From positions 221,990 to 285,989 of the forward strand of contig NZ_JAIRAU010000047.1 of NCBI RefSeq assembly GCF_020073745.1: DNA of 64,000 nucleotides, written 5' to 3'. Numbering within the stretch: the first letter of the stretch is position 1; each line of letters opens with the position of its first letter. Position numbers and translations under genes: made by a program. The notes beneath the pieces were generated by a model that worked only from the letters and a program-made list of their open reading frames with translations, had not been told where the DNA came from and did no database searches. The DNA comes from Nannocystis pusilla (GTDB lineage Bacteria > Myxococcota_A > Polyangia > Nannocystales > Nannocystaceae). Below, in pieces: positions 34,252 to 43,460 of this stretch.

Positions 34252-37143
34252 TCAGCCGCGTTCGCTCGGGTCGAGGCCCTGGATCCCCGCCACCATCACC
34301 GCGTGCAGGCGGGGCTCGTCGATGTGCGCCGCGATCGCGTCGGCGGTGAGGTCGCGCAGGCGGACGATGTCGACCAGCGTCTTGCCCTCGGCCGTGATCG
34401 GCGGGAGCACCTGGACATCGATCGGGACATGTCGCGGGAGCCAGGTGCCGTCGTGCAGCGCGTTGCGGGTGCCCCGCAGCGCGATCGGCACCACCGGCAC
34501 CCCGGTCTCCGCGGCCAGGCGGAACGCGCCGAGCTTGAACGGCCGCAGCCCGGCCTCGCGGCTGAACGTGCCCTCCGGGAACACCACCACCGGCGCGCCC
34601 GCGCGCAGCACCTCCGCCACCGCCTCGAGCCCGGCCAGCGCGCGCTCCGCCTGCAGCCGCTCGATCAGCACGTGACCGGCCCGGCGGATCAGCGGCCCGA
34701 ACGCCCGGTTGTCGCGGCACTCGCCCTTGACCACGAAGCGGATCGTGTCGGGCAGCGCCGCCAGCAGCACGAACGGGTCGAGGTAGCTGCAGTGGTTGGG
34801 CGCGAGGATGCATGGCCCTTGGGGCATGTTCTCGAGGCCAGTCACGTTCGGGCGCAGGCCGATGGTCGCCATCGTCGCGCGCGCGACCTGGCGCGAGAAC
34901 CTGCGCAGCGGCGCGCCCGACGGGATGAAGCGCCCGGCCGCGGTCGAGGCCGCGAGCATGCCGCCGAAGGTGCCGAGGGCGAAGCCGCCGTACGCGACCT
35001 CGCCGGCGCGCCCGGCCAGCGCCCGGGCGCGTCGCGGCAGCCCGCGCAGGTACAGCCCGGCCGCCTGGCGGGCGAACGAGCCGTGGCCGCGCCCGAGCTC
35101 GCCGGCGAGGTAGAGCTTGCGCGTGTCGCCGCGGCGGATCTTGCCGCTCGACGTCTTCGGCACCGCCCCGGGCGCCGTGAGCACCACGCGGTCCGGCGGG
35201 ATCCCGACCGACGCCGCGATCGCCTCGCCGATCTTCTGCTGCAGCGCCGCGCGGGCGGCCGGCCGCTCCTCCTTCGTCTCCGCGACCACCACGATCGACT
35301 CGGTCCCGGCCGCCTCGTCGCGGACGGCGAACGCCGCCACGCAGCCCTGCCGCACCCCCGCGACCGCGCCCGCCGCGGCCTCGAGCTCGTGCGGGTAGTA
35401 GTTGCGGCCGCCCTTGATGATCAGGTCCTTGACGCGACCCGAGATGAACAGCTCGCCGTTCACCATGTACCCGAGGTCGCCCGAGTCGACCCAGCCGCCC
35501 TCGAGCTGGACCTTCGCCGTCGCCTCCGGGTTGCCGTAGTAGCCCTTGAACGTCGACGGCCCGCGGAACAGGATCCGGCCCTGCTGCCGATCGGGCAGCG
35601 CCGCCCCGGCCTCGTCGGCGATCCGCACCTCGTGCTTCGGCACCGCCGCGCCGCAGCCGACGAAGTGCAGCACCTCCCCCTCAGGCGCGTCGGCGGCCGC
35701 CGGTCGCGCCTCGCCCGTCGCCTCGAAGGCCGTGCGCTCGACGCGATCGACCAGCGGTCCGCGGCCCGGCGGCGGGAACGTCACCGCCACCATGTTCTCG
35801 GCCAGGCCGTAGGCGCAGAACAGCGCCTCGCGGCGGAAGCCCGCCGGCGCCAGGTGCTCGGCGAAGCGGTCGAGGGTGGCCGGCAGGATCGGCTCGGAGC
35901 CGTTGAGCAGCGCCCGGATCTGGCCCAGCTGCAGCGGCGCGATCGCCTCGGCCGCGACCCGCTTGACGCACAGGTCGAACGCGAAGTTCGGCGCGCACGC
36001 GATCGTGCCGTGGTAGCTCGAGAACGCCTGCAGCCACCGCTCCGGCCGGGCCAGGAAGGTCACCGGCGACAGGATCACCGTGGGTGTCCCGAAGTACAGG
36101 TTCATCAGCCACCCGCCGACGAGCCCCATGTCGTGGTAGAGCGGCAGCCAGCTGACCATCACGTCGCCGGCCCGCAGCGCGCAGCCCTCGGCCGCCGCGC
36201 GGATGTTGGCGAGCACGTTGGCGTGCGTCAGCTCGACGCCCTTCGGGTCGCCGGTGCTGCCCGACGTGTACTGCAACAGCGCCGTGTCCTCGCCGCGCAG
36301 GTCGGCCGCCACCGCGGTGTCGAGGCTGGCGTCGGCCAGCGCCTCGTCGACGTCGAGCACCTGCCCGAGCGCCGGCACCTGGTCGCGGATCAGCTCCGCG
36401 ACCCGGGCCGCGCGGGCGAACGTGATCAGCACCTCGGCCTCGGCGTTGGCCAGGATCTTCGCCTCGCGCTGGATGTACTCGGCGATCCGGTCGAGGCGGA
36501 ACGGCGGGTACAGCGGCACCGGCACCCCGCCGGCCAGCAGCGCGCCCATGAACGCCGCGAAGTAGCCGCGCGACGTCGGCAGCATGATCGCCACCTTGCC
36601 GCCCGGCCGGAGCCCGCGCCGCCGCAGCCCCGCCGCCACCCGCCCGGCGTCGCGCCGCAGCCCCGCGTAGGTGATCGGCTCCTCGCGCCCGTCCTCGCGC
36701 AGCAGCATGACGTGGACCCGCCCCGGGGCGCGCGCGACGTGCCAGTCGAGCGCCTCGATCAGCGTCTGCGCCTCCGCCGGGGCCGGCGGCGGCGCGTCAG
36801 TCGGCAGGGACAGGTCCTCTCGGACATGCTCCTTCGCACCTGCGCTCTCGGACATGTCCGAAGCGCCCTCCCCGCGGGCCTTGCGTGCCAGCGCGACGAG
36901 CTGGCGCGGGGTGTCGGCCTCGCTCAGCGCCTCCTCGGGGAACACCACGCCGAGGCGGGCCTCGAGGCGGCCGAGCAGCTCGACGCGCTCGAGGCTGCCG
37001 AGGCCGAGCTCGCGCTCGAGCGAGGCGTCGAGGCGGAGGTTGCCGAGGCCGCGCCCGTCGCCGACGGCGGAGATGAGCTCACCGACGACGGCGAGGACCG
37101 TCGCCTCTTCGATCGGGCCGGGGGCCGGGGGCGTGTCGGGCAT
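34252..37143 (-). CDS. Tri-domain fusion: acyl carrier protein / fatty acyl-AMP (acyl-ACP) ligase / 1-acylglycerol-3-phosphate acyltransferase (PlsC-like); Aas-like in reversed order
   Basis: PP-binding LGLGSLERVEL; AMP-binding motifs (YTSGSTGDPKGV, GYGLAE-like, SGKIRR); LPLAT HxxxxD (NHCSYLDPF) and FPEGT. The ACP-ligase junction (36795-36860) is a motif array read in-frame. Confidence 0.85.
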   Translation of the reverse strand: MPDTPPAPGPIEEATVLAVVGELISAVGDGRGLGNLRLDASLERELGLGSLERVELLGRLEARLGVVFPEEALSEADTPRQLVALARKARGEGASDMSESAGAKEHVREDLSLPTDAPPPAPAEAQTLIEALDWHVARAPGRVHVMLLREDGREEPITYAGLRRDAGRVAAGLRRRGLRPGGKVAIMLPTSRGYFAAFMGALLAGGVPVPLYPPFRLDRIAEYIQREAKILANAEAEVLITFARAARVAELIRDQVPALGQVLDVDEALADASLDTAVAADLRGEDTALLQYTSGSTGDPKGVELTHANVLANIRAAAEGCALRAGDVMVSWLPLYHDMGLVGGWLMNLYFGTPTVILSPVTFLARPERWLQAFSSYHGTIACAPNFAFDLCVKRVAAEAIAPLQLGQIRALLNGSEPILPATLDRFAEHLAPAGFRREALFCAYGLAENMVAVTFPPPGRGPLVDRVERTAFEATGEARPAAADAPEGEVLHFVGCGAAVPKHEVRIADEAGAALPDRQQGRILFRGPSTFKGYYGNPEATAKVQLEGGWVDSGDLGYMVNGELFISGRVKDLIIKGGRNYYPHELEAAAGAVAGVRQGCVAAFAVRDEAAGTESIVVVAETKEERPAARAALQQKIGEAIAASVGIPPDRVVLTAPGAVPKTSSGKIRRGDTRKLYLAGELGRGHGSFARQAAGLYLRGLPRRARALAGRAGEVAYGGFALGTFGGMLAASTAAGRFIPSGAPLRRFSRQVARATMATIGLRPNVTGLENMPQGPCILAPNHCSYLDPFVLLAALPDTIRFVVKGECRDNRAFGPLIRRAGHVLIERLQAERALAGLEAVAEVLRAGAPVVVFPEGTFSREAGLRPFKLGAFRLAAETGVPVVPIALRGTRNALHDGTWLPRHVPIDVQVLPPITAEGKTLVDIVRLRDLTADAIAAHIDEPRLHAVMVAGIQGLDPSERG
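36795..36860. repeat. Motif array embedded in-frame in the ACP-ligase linker
   Basis: gggacaggtcctctcggacatgctccttcgcacctgcgctctcggacatgtccgaagcg encodes GASDMSESAGAKEHVREDLSLP; includes the perfect 14-bp palindrome TCGGACATGTCCGA. Confidence 0.8.
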
Positions 37144-37222
37144 GGCGGGGACGATACCCGATCCCCGGCCTCGCGCCGCCCGCCGCGCGGCGGGCCCAGG
37201 CGCGCGCGGCCAGTGCCGCGGC

Positions 37223-38689
37223 TCACTGCAGCTTGAACTCGATGCGGCGGTTCTTCGCCTTGCCGTCCTTGGTGTTGTTGTCGGCGATCGGCTCGTCGGG
37301 GCCGGCGCCGCGGGTCGTGATCCGCGCGGAGTCGATCCCCTTGTCGACCAGGTACTTCTTGACCGCGTCGGCGCGCCGCTTCGACAGGTCGACGTTGTGG
37401 TCGCGGTCGCCGGAGCTGTCGGTGTGGCCGCTGATCTCGACCTTCACCGACGGGAAGTCCTTCAGCACCTTGACCGCGTTGTCGAGCGTCGACTTCGACG
37501 ACTTCTTGATCGAGTCCTTGTCGACGTCGAAGAAGATGCCCTTGATGACGCCGGTGAACTTGGTGACCGCGCGCGGGACCTCGTCGGCGCAGCCGTCGTC
37601 GTCCTGGTAGTTGTTGCGGGTCTCCGGGATCGCCGGGCACTTGTCGTCGCGGTCGGGGATGCCGTCCTTGTCCTTGTCGGGCAGCGGGCAGCCGTCGGGC
37701 GCGATGCCCTTCTCGTCGGGGCACTTGTCCTTGCTGTCGACGAAGCCGTCGCCGTCGCGGTCCTTCTCGGGGCAGCCGTCGGGCGCGATGCCGGGCTCCT
37801 GCGGGCAGGCGTCGACCGAGTCGAGGAAGCCGTCGCCGTCGGCGTCGCCCTCGACCGCCACCGGGCAGCCGTCGGGCGCCACGCCCGGCACCGTCGGGCA
37901 CTTGTCGACCGAGTCCTTGAACCCGTCGCCGTCGCTGTCCGGGTCGTCCTTCTGCTTCTGCTTCTTGCGCAGCACGAACGACAGGCCGAGCAGCACCTCG
38001 AGGTGGTGCGTGCGGCCGCCGTCGATCGCGTACTGGGCGGTCGCGTTGTCGCGGACGTCGAGGCGCAGCGCCAGGTAGTCGTTGATGTAGAACTTCACGC
38101 CGCCGCCGAAGTGGATCGCCGGGTCGACGTCGCCGCCGAGCCCCGACGTGCCGAGCAGACCGGGGCCGATCAGCACGAACGGCGAGATCCGGTACGGCAG
38201 CTGCGCGATCGCGTAGCCGCGGAAGCCGCCGAGCACCGCGCCCTTGTCGTCGTTCTCGGTCTTGGTCGGGACGATCGCGCCCTCGAGCTCGACGCCGAGG
38301 AACGACAGCGGATAGAAGCCCGCGCGCAGGCCGATGTCGGCCGCGACCTTCTTGTACGGCTGCCAGTTGTTCGGCTCGCCCGGCAGCGGCGGCAGGTACA
38401 GCTCGTGGTCGCGGGCCGGGAAGAACAGGCCGGCGAAGATCCCGAACTCCGCCGACATCGCCGTCGGCCGGTAGCGCTTGATCCACGGCACCCCGCTCTT
38501 GTCGCCGCCCCTGGCCTTCTTCTCGCGCTTCTTCTTGCCGGCCTTCGCGTCGCCCGCGGCCGACGCCCCCGCCGGCGACAGCGAGACCGACCCCTCCGCC
38601 TTCGCGCCCTCGGGTTCCTGCGCCGCCGCGGGCAGCGAGAGCGACGAGAGGACCACAGCGGCAGCGACGGGGAGCGAGAGCTTGGACAT
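37223..38689 (-). CDS. OmpA-family outer-membrane protein with thrombospondin type-3 repeats
   Basis: Signal peptide; N-terminal beta-barrel region; DxDxDGxxDxxD TSP3 repeats x5; C-terminal OmpA peptidoglycan-binding motif (NRRIEF...). Confidence 0.85.
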   Translation of the reverse strand: MSKLSLPVAAAVVLSSLSLPAAAQEPEGAKAEGSVSLSPAGASAAGDAKAGKKKREKKARGGDKSGVPWIKRYRPTAMSAEFGIFAGLFFPARDHELYLPPLPGEPNNWQPYKKVAADIGLRAGFYPLSFLGVELEGAIVPTKTENDDKGAVLGGFRGYAIAQLPYRISPFVLIGPGLLGTSGLGGDVDPAIHFGGGVKFYINDYLALRLDVRDNATAQYAIDGGRTHHLEVLLGLSFVLRKKQKQKDDPDSDGDGFKDSVDKCPTVPGVAPDGCPVAVEGDADGDGFLDSVDACPQEPGIAPDGCPEKDRDGDGFVDSKDKCPDEKGIAPDGCPLPDKDKDGIPDRDDKCPAIPETRNNYQDDDGCADEVPRAVTKFTGVIKGIFFDVDKDSIKKSSKSTLDNAVKVLKDFPSVKVEISGHTDSSGDRDHNVDLSKRRADAVKKYLVDKGIDSARITTRGAGPDEPIADNNTKDGKAKNRRIEFKLQ

Positions 38690-38903
38690 GGTGCGGACCC
38701 GTGGGGAAGCGTCGCCTCGTCGTGAGGCGGCAAGACAACTTGTACATGCCTTCGTCTGCGTTGCCTAGGCAGCGGCAGCCCCCGCACGGCCCCTGAGCGG
38801 CTCGCCGACAGCCCTGCTCGCGCCTGCTTGTTCGGACAGGCGCGGGCCGGTGTCGCCCGAGACGCGCGCGCCAGCGCCCATGCGTGGTACGGTCCCGCGC
38901 GCC

Positions 38904-39260
38904 ATGACGGCCGTCCTCTTCGCCCATCCTCGATGCGACACCTGCCGCAACGCGCGGCGCTGGCTCGACGCCCACCACGTCTCCTACGACGTCGTCGACC
39001 TCACCGTCCGCGCGCCGACCTCCGCCGAGCTGCGCGCGGTCCTGCGGAGCTCCGGCTTGCCGGCGCGCAAGCTGTTCAACACCTCCGGCCAGGCCTACCG
39101 CGCCGGCGGCTTCGGCGAGCGGCTGAAGACCATGGACGACGACGCCATGATCGCAGCGCTGGCGGCCGACGGCCTGCTCGTCAAGCGCCCGATCTTCACC
39201 CGCGACGCGCTCGCGCTGGTCGGCTTCTCCGCAGACGCCTACGCGCGCGCGCTCGCGTAG
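38904..39260 (+). CDS. ArsC/Spx-family thioredoxin-fold protein (YffB-like)
   Basis: MTAVLFAHPRCDTCRNARRWLDAH... with the family's conserved N-terminal Cys motif. Confidence 0.7.
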   Translation: MTAVLFAHPRCDTCRNARRWLDAHHVSYDVVDLTVRAPTSAELRAVLRSSGLPARKLFNTSGQAYRAGGFGERLKTMDDDAMIAALAADGLLVKRPIFTRDALALVGFSADAYARALA

Positions 39261-39379
39261 CGCCACGACCGGGCATGTCGATCCTTCCTCGCGCCGGATC
39301 CGACATGCTGGCGGAGGCGCGAGGAGGGCTGTAAGTCGGCCCGCGGCCGCATCGTTGGGGGCGCAGCGGCCCGCAGCGC

Positions 39380-39398
39380 CCGTGAATTTGGTTCACGG
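39380..39398. promoter_or_regulatory. Perfect inverted repeat CCGTGAA-tttgg-TTCACGG, 26 bp upstream of the beta-barrel gene
   Basis: 7-bp arms, 5-bp centre, in an otherwise GC-rich leader. Confidence 0.4.
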
Positions 39399-39423
39399 CG
39401 CTCCGGGGTCCCCCAGGTATGCC

Positions 39424-40014
39424 ATGACAGCCCTCGCCTATCCCCGCCCCGTCCGCTTGCCGACCACCGTCAAGCTCGCCCTCGTCGCCCTCCTCGCCAC
39501 CATCGCCGTGATCGCGCCGCGGCCCGCACGCGCGAGCGAGGGCCAGGTCGCGACCGACTTCAAGCGCGGTCCCTTCGCCGAGTTCGCGTGGCGCCCCGCC
39601 GTCGTCCCCCTGCGCAACGACGTCATGCCCGCCGCGCGCACGCACATGATGTTCGGCGCCCGCATCTCGCCCGCGGTCACGCTCGGCACCATGGGCCACC
39701 TGACGATCTACTTCGACAGGGACCAGAAGGTCGGCGCCGGCCTCGACGCCATGATCCAGGTGAACGTCACGCGCGGCTTCTATCTCCGCGGCGGCGCCGG
39801 CGTGATCAGCCACGTCCCCGTCGCCCGCGAGATCACCACGCGCACCCCCGGCTACGGCGGTCAGGTCGGCCTCGGTTACGCGTTCAAGCTCGGCGACAAG
39901 GGCAAGGGCAAGGGCATCGCGCTCGCCCTCGGCGCCGACTACGACCTGCGGATCCTCGCCGACAAGCGCCGCCGCGGCGTCTTCGTCCTCGGCCTCTCGT
40001 TCATGTTCGGCTGA
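39424..40014 (+). CDS. Small outer-membrane beta-barrel protein (porin-like)
   Basis: Signal peptide (LALVALLATIAVIAPRPARA); alternating amphipathic beta-strands; C-terminal LSFMFG. Confidence 0.55.
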   Translation: MTALAYPRPVRLPTTVKLALVALLATIAVIAPRPARASEGQVATDFKRGPFAEFAWRPAVVPLRNDVMPAARTHMMFGARISPAVTLGTMGHLTIYFDRDQKVGAGLDAMIQVNVTRGFYLRGGAGVISHVPVAREITTRTPGYGGQVGLGYAFKLGDKGKGKGIALALGADYDLRILADKRRRGVFVLGLSFMFG

Positions 40015-40163
40015 CCTTCACGACCTCGACCTCACCCCGCCGAGTGGGTCGTCCCCCGAGGTCGCCAGGATGATTCGCCGGCGAGCGAACGCCGACAACG
40101 TCGTCGCCATGGTCGCTTCGTTCGCGCGACGCGAACAACTTCGCGGCCTGCGGCTTCACATCT

Positions 40164-41414
40164 TCACACCCGCCCCGCGTGCGGCACCGCGGCGACCAGC
40201 GCATCGACGGCGCGACGCACCCGCGCCGTGCTCTCGTAGCAGGGGGCGCCCAGCCGCAGCAGCGGCGTGCGCTTGCCGGCGGCTCTTCGCTCGTGAACGC
40301 AGCGCACGTGGATCCCCGCGGGTTGCAGCGACGCGCACACCGCCTCGACGTCGACCGCGGGCAGCGTCACGCTCACCGTCGCCAGCAACCCGTCCGCGGT
40401 CGGCGGCGTCTCGCGCTCCTCGCCCGTCACCGGATCGAAGAACTGATGGGCCACGCCGGCCGCCAGCAGTCGCTCGTGGAGCTCGCGCGCCAGCCAGGCC
40501 GCCAGCGTGCGGCTCCGCTTCAGCGCGACCTGTCCGAGCGCCGCGTGCAGATCGAGCGCGGCGGCCAGCCCCGCGTAGACCGAGAAGTCGTGCGCCCCTC
40601 GCCGCTCGAGCCCCGCGCAGCCGCCCTCCTCGCTCGCATCGCCCGCCGTCAGCAGCGGCAGCTCCGAGCGCGCGCGCGTCGAGGCCCACGCCAGGCCCAC
40701 CCCCGGCGGCCCGAACAACCACTTGTGCCCGCTCGCGACCACGAAGTCGGCCCCCGTCAGCGCCGGCGGTACCAGCCCCAGCGCCTGCGCCGCGTCGACG
40801 ATCACGAACACCTCCGGCGCCGCCGCGCGGACCGCCGCCGCGATCTCCCGCACGGGAATCACCTGTCCGATCGTATAGGTCACCTGCGACAGCAGCAGGA
40901 TCGCCGGCCGCTGCGCCGCCGCGATCGCCCCCGCCGCCGCCGGATCGCGCAGCGCCGCGTCGGGCAGGATCGCCGCGCGGAACCCCGGCTCGAACGCCGC
41001 CGTCGCCCCCGGGTGCTCGTGCCCGCTGGTGAGGAGCAGCGGCGACTCGCTCCCGCCCAGCCGCTCGCTCAGCGCCGACGCGATCGTCCGCAGCGCCTCG
41101 CTCGTCCCGGCCGTCAGCGCCGGCGGGTCGCCGCCCCACAGCGCGGCCGCCAGCGCCCGGGCCCGCCGCCGCTCGGCCCGCCCGCGCTGCACCTGTCCTT
41201 CGGGATAGGCGAACAGCTCGTCGTCCCAGAACCCCTGCATCGCCGCGCGCACCGCCTGCGCCGGCGTGGCGATCGCTCCCGGGTCGAGGTTGATGCGCGC
41301 CCCGGGGAATTGGCGCACGCGCAACCTGTCCCAGAGGTCCTGGTCTTCGGGACGCTCGCGCAGCGCGCCGAGCACCGACTCGCCGGCGGGCCGGCGCCCG
41401 CTCGCCTCCGTCAT
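40164..41414 (-). CDS. Class V aminotransferase (cysteine desulfurase / epimerase-like, PLP-dependent)
   Basis: PLP-lysine region VASGHKWLFGPPGVGLAWAS; ATG at 41412-41414 (MTEASGRR). The longer annotated ORF reads through a motif array. Confidence 0.8.
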   Translation of the reverse strand: MTEASGRRPAGESVLGALRERPEDQDLWDRLRVRQFPGARINLDPGAIATPAQAVRAAMQGFWDDELFAYPEGQVQRGRAERRRARALAAALWGGDPPALTAGTSEALRTIASALSERLGGSESPLLLTSGHEHPGATAAFEPGFRAAILPDAALRDPAAAGAIAAAQRPAILLLSQVTYTIGQVIPVREIAAAVRAAAPEVFVIVDAAQALGLVPPALTGADFVVASGHKWLFGPPGVGLAWASTRARSELPLLTAGDASEEGGCAGLERRGAHDFSVYAGLAAALDLHAALGQVALKRSRTLAAWLARELHERLLAAGVAHQFFDPVTGEERETPPTADGLLATVSVTLPAVDVEAVCASLQPAGIHVRCVHERRAAGKRTPLLRLGAPCYESTARVRRAVDALVAAVPHAGRV

Positions 41415-41559
41415 CGGCTGCCCTCTGCCATCGGTCCACAGTAGACCGCCGCGCGCCCTCCCGGGGGATCGATCCGCCGCGCTGAACCGCGCTCCCCGAG
41501 CGCCGCCGCGCGGCAGCGCGCACGGCCGAGGTCGCGACCGTCGTATCTGTTCCACCATG

Positions 41560-41600
41560 CCTGTTCGGACATGCCCCAACCGACATGTCCATTCAACCAT
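41560..41600. repeat. Motif array (ttcggacatgccccaaccgacatgtccattc)
   Basis: Between the aminotransferase start and the lipoprotein stop. Confidence 0.7.
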
Positions 41601-41632
41601 GGCCGCGAACAGCGTCTCGCACCTCGCCGGCC

Positions 41633-42265
41633 TCACAGCGAGTTCTGCAGCACACACTCCCCGGCCACGCAGCGGGCCACCTTCGCGGTGCACTGGTCGA
41701 TGGCGACGCACGGCACCTCGTCGGGCGGCACCGGGCACTGCGCCAGCTGGTCGACGCAGTCGGTGGCGATCGCCATCTCGTGGCCGCCGAGGTCGCACGG
41801 GCAGCAGCCCGGGACCACCTTCTGGCAGTCCTCGTCGTCGTTGCAGCCGCAGCGCGGCTCGGTCCGGCAGCGGCAGATCTCGCAGCCGCGCTCGTCGCGT
41901 TGGAACCCGAACGGGCACAGGAGGGTGCACGGCACCGGCTCACACACGGCAGCCGCGTCGACGCAGGTCCCGCCGCCGCAGTCGAGGCTGCAGGCCGACT
42001 GCCCCGTCGCCGGATCGCAGCTGCACAGCGAGGGCACGCACTCCGGGCCCCGCTGGCATACCTGTCCTTCCGGACACCCGGCCTGCACGCAGCCCGGCTG
42101 CCGGAACCCCTCGCACGGGTCCTCCGCGACGTCCGTGTCCTCGCCCGGACTGGGCGGCACGAGCGGCACCTGGGCCGTCCGCACCGGCACGCCGGGCGGC
42201 AGGACGTCGCACCCCGGCCCGAGCGCCGCGCCCAGCAACACCACCGCCAATGGCAGAGATCGCAT
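41633..42265 (-). CDS. Cys-rich lipoprotein A (TIL/EGF-like 10-Cys module)
   Basis: ATG with GGAAGGAG SD; lipobox LGPGC; C-x7-C-x4-C-x5-C-x5-C-x4-C-x-C-x8-C-x3-C-x4-C pattern, then a second Cys-rich module. Confidence 0.65.
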   Translation of the reverse strand: MRSLPLAVVLLGAALGPGCDVLPPGVPVRTAQVPLVPPSPGEDTDVAEDPCEGFRQPGCVQAGCPEGQVCQRGPECVPSLCSCDPATGQSACSLDCGGGTCVDAAAVCEPVPCTLLCPFGFQRDERGCEICRCRTEPRCGCNDDEDCQKVVPGCCPCDLGGHEMAIATDCVDQLAQCPVPPDEVPCVAIDQCTAKVARCVAGECVLQNSL

Positions 42266-42429
42266 GACCACGCTCCTTCCGGCGAGCGTGGCCCGGGCGC
42301 ACGCGCGAGCAAGCCGGCGAGCCGGGCGACCGGCACGCGCGAGCCCCCGCCCGCGACGCCTCGGCTCGGACCGCTGCTCGCCCGCCCCGCCGAGGCGCGG
42401 CGGCCCGGCCGCAGCGGACCGGACCTTGG

Positions 42430-42500
42430 TTCATGCCCGAAGGACCATGCTCCTTCGGACATTCCCCTCAGGACATGTCCGTCACGACATGCCCCGGAGG
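42430..42500. repeat. Motif array with hairpin-capable copy (CCGAAGGA-ccatgc-TCCTTCGG)
   Basis: catgcccgaaggaccatgctccttcggacattcccctcaggacatgtccgtcacgacatgcccc. Confidence 0.8.
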
Positions 42501-42501
42501 G

Positions 42502-43350
42502 TCACTGCAGCACGCACTGCCCCTGCGAGCACACCGCCTGGGCGTCGGTGCACAGGTACACCGCCGGGCACACCACCTCGCCGGGCGGGAACGGGCACGG
42601 CTCGAGCTGGTCGAGGCAGGCGGCCGCGACCGCCACCTCGGCCCCGCCCATGTTGCACGAGCAGCAGCCGGGGCTGGCCTTGACGCAGTCGGCGTCGGAC
42701 TCGCAGCCGCAGTCGGGCGCCGGCGGCTCGTTGCAGGCGCAGATCTCGCAGCCCTGCTCGTCCTTCTGGAACCCGAACTCGCAGAACAGGTCGCAGACCA
42801 CCGGGTCGCACAAGGACGCCACGCAGGTGCCGCCGCCGCAGTCCGGCGTGCAGTTGATCTGCTGCGTGACCGGATCGCAGCTGCAGGCCGACGGCACGCA
42901 TTCGACCCCCATCTCGCACGTCTGTCCCTCGGGACAGCCCTTCTCGATGCACCCCGGCTGCTCGAAGTCGTCGCACAGGTTGCCGCCGGTGCTGGTCTCC
43001 CCGGTCGTGTCCGGACCGGCGGTGCCGCTCGTCGTCTCGGCGGTGGTGCCCGCCGTCGTCTCGCCGCTCGTGCTCGTCGTCGTCGTCTCGCTGCTCGTGC
43101 TCGTCGTCGTCGTCTCGCCCGTCGCCGACTCGGTCTGCCCCTCGCTGCCTCCCGTCTCGGTCGGCCCGCCGGAGCCCGTCAGCGTCGCGCTGCCGGAGCT
43201 CGTGTCGGCGCTCGTCGCCGTGCTCTCCGAGGTCTGACCGGACTCGCCGCCCTCGCTGGTCCCGCCGCTCTGACCGCAACCCAGCCCGAGCACCAGCGCC
43301 GCGCAACTCGCAGCTCGCGCCATCCGACCCTGCGTGTTCATGATCATCAT
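42502..43350 (-). CDS. Cys-rich lipoprotein B (paralog of A, with Thr/Ser/Gly-rich linker)
   Basis: AAGGAG SD + ATGATGATCATG start in a locally AT-rich leader; lipobox LGLGCG; ~110-aa T/S/G linker; Cys module collinear with protein A (FEQPGCIEKGCPEGQTC... vs FRQPGCVQAGCPEGQVC...). Confidence 0.65.
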   Translation of the reverse strand: MMIMNTQGRMARAASCAALVLGLGCGQSGGTSEGGESGQTSESTATSADTSSGSATLTGSGGPTETGGSEGQTESATGETTTTSTSSETTTTSTSGETTAGTTAETTSGTAGPDTTGETSTGGNLCDDFEQPGCIEKGCPEGQTCEMGVECVPSACSCDPVTQQINCTPDCGGGTCVASLCDPVVCDLFCEFGFQKDEQGCEICACNEPPAPDCGCESDADCVKASPGCCSCNMGGAEVAVAAACLDQLEPCPFPPGEVVCPAVYLCTDAQAVCSQGQCVLQ

Positions 43351-43460
43351 AATTAAGCTCCTTCGTCGCGGGCATAGCCGACAGGCCTCACCGCGACAAG
43401 CGACGCCCGCAGCCGCGTGTGGCCAGCGACGCCCCTGCGCGGTCGGGCCCGCTCGTGAAG

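Noticed and set aside
33898-37236. 1112-aa + strand ORF
   Set aside because: Arg/Gly/Ala-rich with no family motifs. It is antisense to the well-supported ACP-ligase-acyltransferase gene, a typical high-GC antisense open frame.
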